Assembly: GCA_051362555.1 (NCBI GenBank)
Contig: CM120643.1
Location: 15,164,644-15,228,643 of the forward strand
Direction of reading: 5' to 3'
From: Lingula anatina
Lineage: Eukaryota; Animalia; Brachiopoda
Length of the DNA: 64,000 bases
Position 1 is the stretch's first letter. Each line of letters begins with the position of its first letter. The notes beneath the pieces were generated by a model. The model saw only the letters and a program-made list of their open reading frames with translations. It searched no databases and was not told where the DNA came from. The position numbers and the translations under genes are program-made. Positions 50,501 through 64,000 of this stretch are shown here, in pieces.

Positions 50501-53500
50501 ATAAAAAGCAATTTTTAAAAATATCTGATATTTTTAAATATCATTAAAATATCTTCATGTGACTGTTGGCCCTTAGACGGTGGCCAAGAGTTTCCAGTGA
50601 TAAGTTTTCAGTAATTTCAAAAGGTGAACAGAAGCTGAATTATACACCATCTAAGGGAAAAACTGGTGCAAAAAGAAGAACCCACTTCTCATACATCAGT
50701 ACCCAAAAGATATGCTTTAAATGTATAATTGTAACAAAAATTAAAATATGAACTTCGAAAAAGAAAAAAAATCAAACCTCTGTCTGAGTGCTGTCCTCTG
50801 TGAAGACCTTGTCCATCTCAAATGTCTGGAGGCGTCCACCTTTGTTATTGATGAACAGCAGTCCATCATCATCCTGGTCATAACTGACCACTGACTGGGC
50901 CTGCTGACCACTGCCATCTTCACGGATGTTTGGACGGACACGACAGAAAACACGGATGTTTCCTGAAATTGAGGTAGGGATAAAATGAAATGAAGTTCAT
51001 CCATAAAGAAAGTAAGTTAATATCACGTTTTGAAAAAAAATCTTTTTTCAATTGACTTTATCCATTTAATTAAGGGGCATGATGTTTCAACTAGTTTTGT
51101 CTTTAGAAACTATTACTTTTATACCATCTTTATAAAAGAGACAATGAAAAACAAACCCTCCTTTCAGCTGTTGACTGACAAACTAATATAGTTAATTAGT
51201 GATAAATGCAGCTGATACAATGTTTTCAAGCTTTAATTTTGCAAAATACACGAGATTTACTAAAATGGGTCTCATCTATAAATTCTCTACAATGGAGATT
51301 GAAAAGTTTACAGTTTGAACTATCTATAGTCTCCAGCAGCGCCATCTACCTTTGAGTTCCACAAGCTCATTGTGGTATTTTTTCCTCAACTGCATCTCCT
51401 TCTTGTACTTCCTGACTAGTTCCTTGTTGTACTCACTGACATTATGGACAGCTTTGCTAATCTGTAAAAAATACATGTGGCATAGTCATAACAACCCGAT
51501 TCTTGTTACTATTTCCAGTCATAAGATCATGTTATGTTTTAATATGTGTTATTGGATTTGTTGAATGTCTGTTTTCATGAAATGAAATTTCAACTGTTCA
51601 TCATATAACTCCATTAAACAAGCAGCAGACCTGAAAGTTAATCTTAGTGCAACCAACTTTATCACAAATATGCTTAAACTACCTCTTTCAGTGTCATTCC
51701 CACGGTCTGCTTAATGAGGAGAGGAAAGGCAGACATGTCCTTCTTCAATGCTTTGTGCTCCTTTACCTGAAAGAAAGAAAACAAGCTTTTATAGAGGATG
51801 TGGTTTTTTACATGATGATATGTCCATGCTACCCTCATGCACAAATGTACTTATATTTCATTAGGTATCTGATTTAGTGGGTTTAAATAAGGTTAAAATA
51901 GCCTGTCACTTGTAAAATATTTTACTGAAGCAATTTCCATCCCAGTTTAATCAAAATGCAAAAATTTCTTACAATTCCGACTTTCTTCATTCAAGGGAAG
52001 ATGCATACATTCCCACTCCCTTAGGAGGTGAAGTTATTCTACAGAGTACATGACAACATACTGTGGTATAGCCTTCTTATCTATTTCCATAAATTTTAAC
52101 AATCACGATCCTATATATTTTATGGCTACATTAACTGTAATAAGACAAGGATAACACGTAATAATCCACAGATGATGCTACAATCAAAGTACAAATCAAT
52201 TGCAAATGACAATATAATGTACTGCAAGCTGACTTCCTCACCAGTTGCGTAAACTGAGGCCAGAGCATCTGAAGTCCCAGCTTGGCCCGTGTGTAGTTGG
52301 CGTTCAGGGACATCATCTTCTCCTCGGCCCTCTTGGCAGCCTGGTCCACGGCATGAGACTTGGTCTGCTCCAGCTGTTTCATCTCCCTCATCATCTCCGA
52401 CTTGACAACCTCCATCTGCTTCTCGTACTCCTTTAACTGGATGGGAGGAAGGATTTTAAAAGAACTGTGCCATAAATAATTACCACTGCCAGTGAAAAAG
52501 GTTGTGTTTTTATTGGCATTGATAAGTATGCGTGGACATCACATCTCAAAAAGTTATCTACCAGTTCTAATGAAATATTTTGGATAAACTGGATAAAATT
52601 TTCATTGGACCATGCATTTCACACTTTATACCCTAATTGACACGTACCCTCTTTTCAAGATCAGTGACTTTGATTTTCTCTGCAGTCAACTGTTTGTTGC
52701 TGTCATTGTACATTCTTTGGTATGTCGTGATCTGATTGCGTAGCTTATCCTTCTCGGCCATGGCTTCTGCCAGTGCCTTCTTACTGGCCTCGGACTCGAC
52801 TTCAACCTTCTCGACCTTGGTGTGGACCTGTTGGTCAAGGAGAAACATGCATCAAATCTTGCTTTCACATTAGATAACTTGGGGACAGTTTCACATATGA
52901 ACTTATGACTGAAAGTTGGCTTTGACCTTTAGACCTTTAGTTCTAGTCCTGTGTATCATGGAGAAACATGAATTACATGTTGTTTTGTAGGGGGAAGGGG
53001 AGGGGGGAAAGCACAATAGAAATGATGACCAAAAATTCTGGTGTTAATTTAATTCAGGATAATTCAATAGTACTGAAGTAATTATTAGCCTAACACATTG
53101 TCCTCCAATAAATTTAGTCTAACTCTGTCTTTTGACTGTTTTAACCCAAAGTCTTCCTCAGTGTAGTTTAATATTTTACACTGAATAAAATTACAAAGCT
53201 AAAAAGTATTATTATCATTATTATTATTATTAGCATTTTTCATATTACTTCCCACCTGAGGCTCTTTGCTCTGTTGGGAGGTGAGATCTTGTCTCATCTG
53301 ACGCAGCTGCTTGTTCACACCAACATTCTCTGAGGTCAGCCTGTGAATGTCTTCCTTGTGTTTGAGCTTTAAGTCCGAGAGCTCCTTCTGTTTTATAGCA
53401 CAGTCTGTCTCCAGTTCCAGCACCCTGTTTTTCAAGTGCTCATTTTCTTCTTCTAATTTCTGTTTTTTTTTTGTGTGTGTGGAAAAAAAGTTGCAGTATT

Positions 53501-55584
53501 TCAACAGTTGTTAGACATTACCTTACCACTGAAACTTAAATATGTCACAAATATGTCATAAAATAAACTGTTTTAACCACATTCAACTGTCACAGCCTTC
53601 TTCTGTTACAGTAAAAGAGAGTAATTATCACATTTTTTCATGGGTAAGATTGCAATAAAGCAGTCAATGACAAAATCTTTTTCACAAACTTTTGAATCTA
53701 TAGATCAGACACTAAACATTTACAGCATATTTCTTTTACTTGTAAAATTCAAAGAGAATTAACTTCAAGAAGAGTTTCAGTATAAAACCCAAGTCAGGCA
53801 AATTGCCCCTTACTTCAAAAACAAACAAACAAACAAACAAACAAACAAACAAACAAACAAATAAATAAATAAATAAATGCTAACAATAAGTAGTTCTAAT
53901 AATAGTAAAATAATACTATAAAAGTAATAATTGATAATACAAATAAAAATCACTGTAACTGACCTTTATTTTAGCATTCTCTGCAGCATAATTATAGGGT
54001 TGTTTGGGCTGCAGTCTGCGGGACTCGGAAAGCTCCCTCTGCAGTCTGTCACAGTCCTGCTCTAACTTCAACAGTTGTTTCTCTGTGTCTGTGCTGCCAT
54101 TGCCCTGAAGAGAAAATAAATACCAACTACTATTTTATAATAAATTTCTGTTACAATGTTTGTCTCTAGAAACAAGGACTGAAACCTAAGAGTTATTACC
54201 ACGGTTAAGACAATGAAATATTGGAGTCACTGTGGAAAAATTGTGAGTTTTAATTGTTTAAAGAAACTATCATAATCATCATTGAACTTTGAGTGCATAC
54301 CACAGCTTCGGAAATTCTCTGCTGGATTCAAATCTGACTATGGCACCTTGTGTTAATTGTCACATCCAAAAATATGCACTGATTGACCCCAAAATCAGAC
54401 TGGTTAAACTTAAAATTATATTCAACCTAACACCATCAGAATTGCACTTAAAGGGGATATGATTGTAGCAAGGCTATATATGATGACTCAAAATATACAC
54501 TGATAACTATATTAAAACATTTACCTGTGAGTTTCTAAGGCCTACTACCTCCTCTTGCAACGACCTATTGTCTTTCTCCAATTTATTTATTGCACTTTTG
54601 GTAGTCCTATCCTGTTCCTCTTTCTCTGAGCGGAAATTTTGGAGCTCTGCCTGAGCTGTGAGTAACTGTCCTGTCAGCTCGGCCTTTTCAGACTCTAAAT
54701 GCTGAATCTGATCAACTAACTTGTTCACCGCGGATGGAGGTTTTGATCTGCGACTTGCATCCCCTGTGAAAAAAGTCAACTAAATGATGCAAACTATATA
54801 AACAGGTTGAAAAATCATCTACTAGTAGCCTCAAAAGAATGCTACACGTTCAACATTACTGATGAATATATGCTTATCAATATGCAACATTGGTTTGTAG
54901 GCATATACATTATACCAAGTAGATTTCATACAAGATACTTTTTTCCTCAAACTTGCATGTACATGCATATGCATGTTTATACAAGCATGCACGCACTCAC
55001 AGGCAGGCACAAACACAGGCCCACAACATGCTCACATACATCATGTCACAGCCTATTACCTTTAATTTCTGCTTCCAGTTGGAAGATTTTAGCTTCCTGT
55101 TCATCTATGACATCTTGTAAGTTTTGGACTAGGTTTTGTTTGGCCTCTAAGTGAGATTCGTGCGTTTTCCTCATGATCTTGATTTGCTGTTTCTTGTTGT
55201 TCTCCTCTTTGACAAGACGAGCCTTGTAATTCTTTCCTTTGTCATTCAACATCTGAAGCAGAATAACATCATTATTTTAATGTTTACTACCTTTTCTCTT
55301 TATTTTTTATGACAAATTTAAGTAATTTTAAAATAAGCTGAGAATATTTAAATATAAAAAGAAAGTTTAACTTTTGTAATCATATGTCTTCAAACTCTAA
55401 TCTTGAATTGTCCATCTTCTGAAGACTTCTTTGAATGCTCTGATTTAAAAAACCTGTGCATACATATTTAGAAATGCCTTCTTTTTGTCCTCACCTTAAT
55501 TTTGTACAACAGTTCATCTCTCTGTGAATTCCTCTCCTCCAACTCTTTCTTCAGGGCCTGGTACTCTATCATAGAACAGGTCTC

Positions 55585-55630
<46 letters not shown>

Positions 55631-57581
55631 TCCATCAAAGATTTAGTTATTCATTTATTATAAAAATAATCAACGAATAAACATGATACACAGAATAAGG
55701 ACAATGAAATCTTTGATACTGTTATAGAAGAATTTACTAGCAGTCCTCTATCAGGCTAAGATGTTAGCCCCAAAACTGACTTTAGACTTCCAGTAAAACC
55801 AGCCCCAGATGGCTGAGTGGACTTGCTCACCCTGTGGCTGATACTGCTCTAGTTCTTCTTCATCAGAGCTGGGCATGTCCGGCTGACCATTACATCCATA
55901 CGGGTCATCTGGACACAGAACAGAGAAATACAATGTCAGCAATATAATAGCATTTTAATCAAATTATTCAAATATAAATTGTGTATTTTCAAATGATAAA
56001 TAAGTAGAAAAAATAAACCCATACCAAAAGCATAAATCAGACTGATAAACTGAACTTTTTACAACTTTTTATACTCCTCTGATAAGATATGAACCCCAAA
56101 TATTGACAAATTTCCAAACAGTGAAATTTGTGATAAAACATATGTGGTTCTATTTCAATGTTAGACTATCAAGATCAAATTTTTCTCGAACAAAAGTAAC
56201 ATTATAAGCTTTTTAAGGACATAACAGTACATGTACAGGTTTATTTAGCCTTTCCTTACCATCTAAGCCTAGCTGTTCCCTCCACACATCAACTCTGGAT
56301 GGGGATGGTCTTGCCTGCTCTCCTACCAAACGAGGACTAAAAGTCATAGGTGTCTTGAACACTGGCTCCCTGTGCTGTGAGAGAGAAGATGAAAAAAAAA
56401 AATTAAAGCTGACAGACACTTATTTATTTGTTGCGCCTTCCTGGCATATTTACCATATTCATTGGAAACCATAGTATTTAATGAAAATGTTGTAATTATT
56501 CTTTTTACTTTTTATAATCAACCAATAAAATCTACTACAGTTAACTATAAAATCAAATCTCCCAGTTCAATAGCAATAGTACTTGCACAAATCTTCATGT
56601 TCAATGAGATATTTACTCCTTTTTTTTTCTTTTTTTTTTTTTTTTGGCCAAGAATGAAATAATTCAGGGCACTGAGATGTTTTGAACACAGTAACTGCTA
56701 CATTTCTCAACTATTTCTCCAAGTCACTCTGACCAATTTACTGACATTTCACTAAATAAATTAGGACTTTAGCAGGGATTAACTTTAGAAATATTTTAGA
56801 ATAATCTTAAGCCAAGGTAAGATGCAAATGCCTGCAAATATTTCAATAATAATCTTAAGTCATATCTAATTACTTGTGGCACTTTAGGGAAATAATTCTG
56901 GTAAGTCTATTTGACTGCAGGTGTGAGACAAAACCATGTATAAATTTGAACAAACTAGTGATATATTTTCAAACAAAACAGTTTTGACATTTATATACCT
57001 GAGTATTAAGGGATAAAAAAAACTCTGAAACTGAGCTGGGTTAAAGAAAGGTTTTTGTCAGTGTCTCAAAATGACTGGTCTTGAAAAAATAATTGACAAA
57101 TAGAATAATTAAAGCCAATTCAGAGTAACAATTCCAGTATCAAACAGGCACTTAAATGTATACTGAGAGTGGCAAACAACATTCTGCACTCTGCGGTTAT
57201 TGTCCAGAACATAAAAAATCACTCAAAAATGACGCCTTATAGTACTGTGACACAGTCTGGGATTCATTATCAAAAATTCATGTGTAAATTACCCCCAGTT
57301 TGGAGATTAAAGCAGAAAGATTAGTGAGTAATTACTTTAGCACAGATAACGCTGGTCAAATACCAGGTCTATCATGTAAGTAGCAGGAACTGGCAGAACA
57401 AACAGATGAGTGCAGGTACACTACACACAAACAATCACAGTGTCAATATGTACAAAAGTGACACATGTTAAGTGCAAAGCCTGTTGTAATAATGAGAATA
57501 ACATGAAAGGTACCTGTAAAATAATGAAATGTTGGCATTTACGTAAACACGTAAATGTAATGTTGACTTAATGTGTGGGTG

Positions 57582-57629
<48 letters not shown>

Positions 57630-57684
57630 ACTATTTTACCTTCAATCCCATCATATGAGAGGGGGTGCCCACTTGGTATGCCAT
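44069..57684 (-). CDS. KIFC3: Kinesin-14 with C-terminal motor (KIFC3-like)
   Basis: Exons: 57640-57684 (first exon tentative), 56260-56374, 55831-55908, 55495-55583, 55060-55252, 54525-54763, 53964-54104, 53256-53459, 52648-52827, 52242-52436, 51683-51766, 51350-51461, 50778-50962, 50163-50267, 49287-49417, 45899-46016, 45358-45487, 44779-44976, 44311-44489, 44069-44134. Coiled coil, then neck [25 protein letters not shown]-loop GQTGSGKT, switch I NEHSSRSH, switch II DLAGSER and [10 protein letters not shown]. Confidence 0.93.
44530..44579. repeat. (TG)n microsatellite
   Basis: About 25 TG units. Confidence 0.95.
46165..48774 (+). mobile_element. Complete Helentron-type non-autonomous element (HINE) in a KIFC3 intron
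   Basis: 5' subterminal repeat attgtaccaccagc with a partial inverted copy, then a short ccggct microsatellite and the core. Inverted subterminal repeat gctggtggtacaat (48727-48740), 3' hairpin ggaggcg-gtat-cgcctct, end CTAG|TT. Confidence 0.8.
47150..48580. repeat. 146-bp tandem array (~10 units) inside the HINE
   Basis: atctccaaaactgg recurs at 47155, 47301, 47447 and onward with period 146. Confidence 0.92.
49002..49334. repeat. 53-bp tandem repeat (6 units) made from a KIFC3 exon 3' end plus its splice donor
   Basis: ctttacctgatcatttcattg at 49016, 49069, 49122, 49175, 49228 and 49281. Confidence 0.95.
49425..49925. repeat. Minisatellite (~20-bp unit cacagtgacacaatgcagac) next to a KIFC3 splice acceptor
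   Basis: Repeated gacacaatg/gacacagt units, more degenerate toward 49925. Confidence 0.9.
57583..57629. repeat. (GA)n microsatellite
   Basis: About 23 GA units next to the first predicted KIFC3 donor. Confidence 0.95.
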
Positions 57685-60600
57685 GTCTTCTCAGTTTGGT
57701 TGCCCCAACTTTAACTATCTTCTCCAATGAAGACGCTGACTGTGGCAACCTCAATGCTCCTTCTCTGCTGTAGTTTTTTTAACAGTCAACAGCTCAGCTG
57801 TTCACCTAAGCTTCCACAACTCCACCCACAGTTCCATGGAGACTCCATCTACATTCTGCTTCAACTGTAAAAAGTCTCAAATACTGAACATTTTCTCCAA
57901 GTCCCAAAGGTTCACAAGCTTGTACAAAGTCCCTACAACCTGCTCTATATAATCACTGGTTCCACTTGTTTGTGCTCCTTTGTATAAGTTCTTCACAAAT
58001 ATTCAGGATTTTCAAGGGCCCACCTTCATGTGGTGGACAGACGGCTCATGGCCCACAGCTAATTTCTCTCTGGAAGGTAGAAAAAAAATGTCATTTTAAA
58101 TTAGGTGATAATATCGGAGGCTGGGTATAATAAAGGCACAGCCAGCACTGGAGCTGGGATGTTTGTGTTGTTATTATTACTGGGTGACTCATCCTGGTAT
58201 ACAATACCTGCACTTGTACATATATTATTAACCTGGATTTTTTATTTTAATTTAAAATCTTCATTTCACAAACCACACTATTAAAAGTCAGTTTGAGTAT
58301 TAGCTTCTGAATCAACCTTATCCCACCTGTACACCAAAATTGACTGATTCGGAATTCTCAAATAATATAAACGATTAATGCCATGAAAAAATATCAAGCT
58401 GAGGGTCGAGTCAAAGTTCTCGTCAATAAGACCTCAACTTTGTGATCTCAGACAGCTAAAAATGTGAAGAAATGACAGCATGTACAACCCATGTATTGCA
58501 CACAGTCACCCCACCTACATCTATTACTCCTTTATTTTCTTAGGATTTTGCTGTTGATTTGTCCGTCACAATGGCCATCCGTGCAGTGGAGGGTGCGTGC
58601 CCTTTGTTCCGCTTACATTACAACAGAGTTCACCTGTATTAGCTGAGCAAACACACTCCATGGCCAGCTTCTAGTACATGTGACCAAAGCACATAGACTG
58701 ATAAATAGGCTCTCTCCTTCATCTCAATTCACAAAATGAAAAATTTTACAGCGGATGTACAAGTTGGGGGTTAGGAGCTAAAACTTATTTTACAAGCTTT
58801 GGTGTATTTTTTACTTCTATTTAAAAACAGACTGGCAGATCTAATTTTCTCAATGGTTTTTAAGGAAAAGGCATATCAAGGGAAAAAGCTTGACATATTT
58901 AGGAAAATCGCTCTTCCTATATTAAGGTCCAACATGTAAATGGCATGCCTTTCGTTAATTATACAGTCTCTTATGTCTAAACCCTTTTTAATGGTTCTAC
59001 AGACCATCACCAATGCAGCCAATTGAAAGTGGAAATGATGGAAGTATCTATTAATGCATGCATTTACCTGGTACTTTCTAATACAGAAGCAATCAGCATA
59101 ATGCTTTATCAATCTCCAATCCAATTAGTCATGATGACAAATCAATTGACTGGGAGAGCTTCTTTTCTTATTAAAAGTACATCAGGGGCATGTTTCATAA
59201 AAATAACTTATGCTCAAAAACTGGTCCAAACTATTAGACAAAAACTGACCCATTTTCATTAGTGACAAACTAAATTCATTTTAACAGTCATTTATTCATG
59301 TATTTATCTATTAACTCATTTCACATCTTCATTCATTCATTCATTCACATATCTATGTGTTAATTCCCCCTTTTTTTTGATGGGGTGGGGTTTAGTTATT
59401 GTTCATAACATACTAGACCATCAATCAACAAATTTTAACTGCATACAATACAGCGCTAAAGCATTCCTAACCTCAGTAAGGGTATCAGGAATGGATTTAA
59501 GTGTGTCAAAATGGCATTTGATGACAATATCGAATTTCACATCATATTTATAATCCATAGCAACTACCAAACTGGACACTTGTTATGGATGCCACAGTAT
59601 TTAGAAGACCTTGGTAGTTTTGTGACAGAGGATTGGATTACACAACATATACTAGCACAGCAGAACATTCTATCAAAATTTTTCTATTCAAGCAGAACGG
59701 TTCCTCTACATTATTTGATGGTGGATATGAGGAATCTGTTTGATTAAATGATATTATAATCCACAGAAACTGATCAGGTAGTCCCCATGGTGACTATAGT
59801 CCCAAATAAAAACAAGATTTAAAAAGTTATGGTCTCAGTTTATGGTTACAAGTACTAATTTTAATAGAGAAGCAAGAGACAACATTACTGGGTCTATGGC
59901 AACTTCACATTACTTTACTAGTATTGAATAGTTTTAGTCCTTTTTCACTTACTTTAACCCCCTTTACACTGGATGGTGTCCTTTCTGCGAACATGAAACT
60001 GCCATTGTGGTGGTCGTAAAAAACACCACAAGCATTGCTTTGGTTGCATAATGAATGCATGACGATCGGCCAGTTGTCGACACATAAAGTATTTTTTTTA
60101 CTCTCAAACGGGGGCATACTAGAGGAGGCAGAAAGGATGGGATATTTTCCCAAAATAAATTTAATTCTGGATTTTTTGCTGTGACACATCTTTTTCTACA
60201 AGTATTGACCATGAACTTGTGGTTATTCAATCCACCAGGCACTCAAAATTAGAGCAGACTGTTTGAAACTTTATACCATAAATTAGTCGGTATATAATAA
60301 CTCCCTTGTTTCTTTTGCACATCTTTGACTCATGCACAGCAGTTGCTGATAATGGGGGGGGGGGGGGGGCGAAAAAATTATTCCACAAATCTACTAAATG
60401 ACTTGTAACAGCATCATATCCCCCTTGGAGATCGAACTCCAAGCATATGGCCTAACTTATCAATAAAGTCTAACGATCACGCATTTCGATTTCGTTTAAC
60501 CTTATGATTCAAGTCTCAGTCACTTTGAAGTTTCAAGAATCACAACGTGACAGAATCCTAGAACTAGGTAGTTTTACTCCCGGTTGTGCTGCGTTTATCT

Positions 60601-61641
60601 AAAAGACACTTCAACCGATTTATTCTTACTTTAGTGGGAATTAAAGTATGTGATGTCTGAAACTCTTTCACAGTTCTTCTCGGTACCGAACATACTAAAT
60701 ACTCACATGTTCTTTCTTCACTTGTTCGAGAACACCTTTTAAAACTTTCGGCTTCTGACTAGAGACACATGAACTGATGACGTCACCAAAAGGGTGAACT
60801 TCAGCAAGAGCTAATTGCAGTAGGTGAGACAAGTTTCTCAGTGCAAAGCAGCATATTTTGGCACGTTTTTCACGAAAAATAATTTGGCTATTATTTTTTT
60901 CACGAACATAAACGATGACATTTTTATTATTGGATAATGTTAATGGCAATTTTTTATCCTAATAGTTATCAATTGCGCTTGTCTACAATTGTCAGTGCAA
61001 TATAAGCGCAAATTATTCCTTCTTGGTTCATGAAGAAAAATATTTTAAAATCTTAGTAAAATAGGGGCCTATATTAAAAAAAAAATACAGATGGCCAACT
61101 GGTACAGCATGGGATGCATTTCTCCGTTATTTTTCGGGCATTGTTCATGTAAGAATTGTAATATTGATTTTATTTTAATAAACAGTAATGTGAAAAAGTC
61201 ATATCAATGGTGCCTTACTTTCACTGACAATTAGTTTCTTATATAAAACGATCGCCCAGATTTCACAGAATAAACCAGGACAAAGAAGTATGGTTTATTC
61301 GAGAGCGAAATTTCATCATTATTATCAAGATCTGAAGTCCTCCACTTAATACTGTAGAAGTTCTTCTGCTTCTCGTGTCTATTAAAAGCACTGCCTAGTT
61401 ACAACTTTATCCAAGCGATATTCACTTCCCGTAGGATATACTGTATGTGCTATCGTAATTTGAGCATTTATGAAACTGAATATCAATTTCACGCTTACTT
61501 TTGGTTTAACTAAGACATTAATTTCATTCTCAGTTCACCAATCGTTTAGGGCTGCAATCGTTTAGTCTCTGAATAATTTGGTAAAAACGAAATATTGGAT
61601 AGGTCAATTCATTCACTATCTCCAGGAAGGATTAGGACGAT

Positions 61642-61873
61642 CTAAAGCTTCAGAATACCGCGGCCCTTCATTGTTCCTTCTTTGAGTCGAGTCAGTGCTT
61701 CGGTTGCTTGGTCCAAAGTAAAGAATTCAAGCGGCGGAGGCTTGAGCTGAAACAGATGTAGGTTAATTTTTTATTATACAGTGCAGAGGTGACTAGCTTC
61801 TCTTGTTTATGTTTCAACTATTTAACTACAGCTGTGGCGTGATTCGAAAAAGTTAATAAATGAAATTTCATAA

Positions 61874-61920
<47 letters not shown>

Positions 61921-63569
61921 ACCCAAGCCCTTCAAACACTTCAATATTTAAACTCTTACCTAAAATAGATTTGAGTTCCAAAATGCAAAATTGAACGCTT
62001 TAAGAATGCTTTCATAAATAAGTCTTTTTATTTTAAGTCCCCGTTTAGAGTATTTATAAAGAATAGTTAAAAGGTATGTACAACCTAAGGTTATTTGTTT
62101 TAACATTGTACAACTTCCACCTTTTGGTTGCATTTTTTTCTGAATAAACTATTATAATTATCAAATTTAAACTCATTACCTTCTTTTCAGCGACCAGTTT
62201 CAGGCAGTCCTCCAGGTGATGTGGCGCCCCAACACACACACCCTGTACACACTTCGTGTGCAGCGCCAGGACGATTAACGGTATCTTCATGTTACCACCG
62301 AATAACCCAACGTTCACTTGAATACCACCCTAAAACGATAACATTTAAAGTATTTTTGAGTGCAATTATTGTATTAACGACATAATAATGTGCATCTGAC
62401 CTTTACAAAGAAAGCATTTTTCTGGGATTTTCAGCAATTCCTCTTTATCGTCAAAGTAAACCTTACCCAAAACTGTTGAGAAAGTTACGATCCTTAAACC
62501 CGCTTCAAAATTTGAGTTCAAATTTTCCAATATTTGTTATGCTTCGAGGGAATTTCCTCAGTTCTAATTACAAGAGTGGCTCAAAAACTAGATGCATAGA
62601 ACTGAAAATGGGTTTACGGATTATAATTCCGTGAACACTTTTGGAAAGAGTATATCTTGAGAATTAATCGAAAAATATAAGAAACTCCAGGAAGAATTAC
62701 GTTTTGGTATATAAAGTTGTAACACTCATTAATATTCTTCTTCATGTGCCATCACCGATTCGGTGTTTGACGAACGATGATATTCTGCCAAAGGGTTCTA
62801 TTTCTCGCCCATGACCAAAGGTGTCTTGTTGGTAATTCAAAATTGTCAAGAAAGGATTAATAATATTAATATAATTGACTAAAAATTAACACGCACAAGT
62901 CAAGACATACTGTACATCTCTATCCTATCTAATACATCTTAGATGAAGTTACACCCAGAAAACGGGCTCATTCTTTCACTTTATTAATAACAATTTGAAT
63001 TAAAACTGAAGGATATTTTATTTCTAGTATTCGAATGTGCCTTTCTTACCCGCTCTGTCAAGTTAAACGCCCTTTGAGAAGTCGCTCCGGCTCCAACCAA
63101 ATCAATGACGGCATCAAATACTCCACCTGAGCGCTGCATCGTCTGCGCGAGGATTTCTTGCTCATTAGCTTGATAATTGGAAACCACATTATATAGAATT
63201 TTTTTTCAGAACACTTTTTCAAAATTCAGTAGAAATTAAAGATCTTTCAAAGCACTGGGTCGCCACTTAACAAATTAACAAAAACTTGAAATATTATGAA
63301 AAATGTTGTTAAAAAATTATTCAAGTCTACACAGCCTATCTTTTACTTGTTGTCAATTTTTCTAGAAAAAGAAAGTTTTTGATTCCATGAAAATGGCTAG
63401 ATATGATCCCTTGAAAGCGCTTAGGACTGACATGGTTGAGAACAGTAGGGGATCGAAGAAAGCATACAGGGAGAAGATTAATGAAATTAGCGTTTTCTTT
63501 ATTACCATCTTTACTCCATAGAATTGTGTCATCTGCATTGGCTTCCTTCGCCATCTGCAATTTCTCTTC
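61642..63569 (-). CDS. Zinc-type medium-chain alcohol dehydrogenase (MDR family), 3' exons only
   Basis: Exons 63506-63569, 63050-63168, 62180-62329, 61642-61746: EEKLQMAKEANADDTI, GGVFDAVIDLVG, GGIQVNVGLFGG, LDQATEALTRLKEGTMKGRGIL*. The 5' part lies beyond the window. Confidence 0.85.
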
Positions 63570-64000
63570 CTGAAATGAACAAAAAAAGTGGAAGTAAAGT
63601 AGGACGATTAAATTCCAAAGTGGGGGTGGGGTGGGTGGTGAAAGGTGGGGGTGGTTGGGTGAAGTGACTGTGAACGTGGTCAGTGTAATAAGATAGAGAC
63701 ATAAAAATTGTGTCGTGCGTGTGATGCCTTAGAAGGAGCGTCAGATGCAGAACGTTCTACATAAACATGGTTGCCGTGAAATTGTAACAGTAGTCCCTAA
63801 TGATCGTTTGTATATTTATAAAGTACAAAATGAGCGTGGCACTGAAGACTCGTTGGACATGATGTCCAGCGTGAAACAAGTTGATGCACAAGTGCGATGA
63901 AAAATGAATAATATGACAAGCTGGACACTCACTGAGATATCCGCGGAGAAAATCTTGGTTTCTGGGGGAAGCAGTGCCTTCGCAAACTGAATACACCACA

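Noticed and set aside
58515-58665. Possible extra upstream KIFC3 coding exon
   Set aside because: The ATG-initiated frames I checked hit stops before the candidate donor. It may be a UTR exon, but I cannot support it.

Overview
AT-rich, intron-rich genomic DNA from an invertebrate animal (probably a lophotrochozoan; the species cannot be determined from sequence alone). Host genes, reconstructed by hand from GT-AG junctions and exon phase: TRPC4AP (- strand, runs off the left edge), an uncharacterised 565-aa ORF with an intronless CDS head-to-head with it, ATMIN/ASCIZ (-), a Sulfotransfer_3-type sulfotransferase (-), a KIFC3-like kinesin-14 (-), and the 3' part of a zinc-type (MDR) alcohol dehydrogenase (-). 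Mobile DNA includes a decayed Tc1 (DD34E), an L2/CR1 3' fragment, Helentron-type non-autonomous elements (HINEs) with 146-bp tandem arrays, and several MITEs. The main find is a very recent Ty3/Gypsy LTR element at 30222-36434 with identical 258-bp LTRs, a CACC target-site duplication, intact gag and an open PR-RT-RNaseH frame. Its pol stops where integrase should begin, and a ~600-nt GC-rich (~56%) segment packed with hairpins follows directly. That segment is a candidate structured RNA in place of integrase. The element sits 28 nt past the sulfotransferase stop codon. A KIFC3 5' splice site is present in six tandem copies, and ATMIN intron 1 has a similar, smaller duplication.
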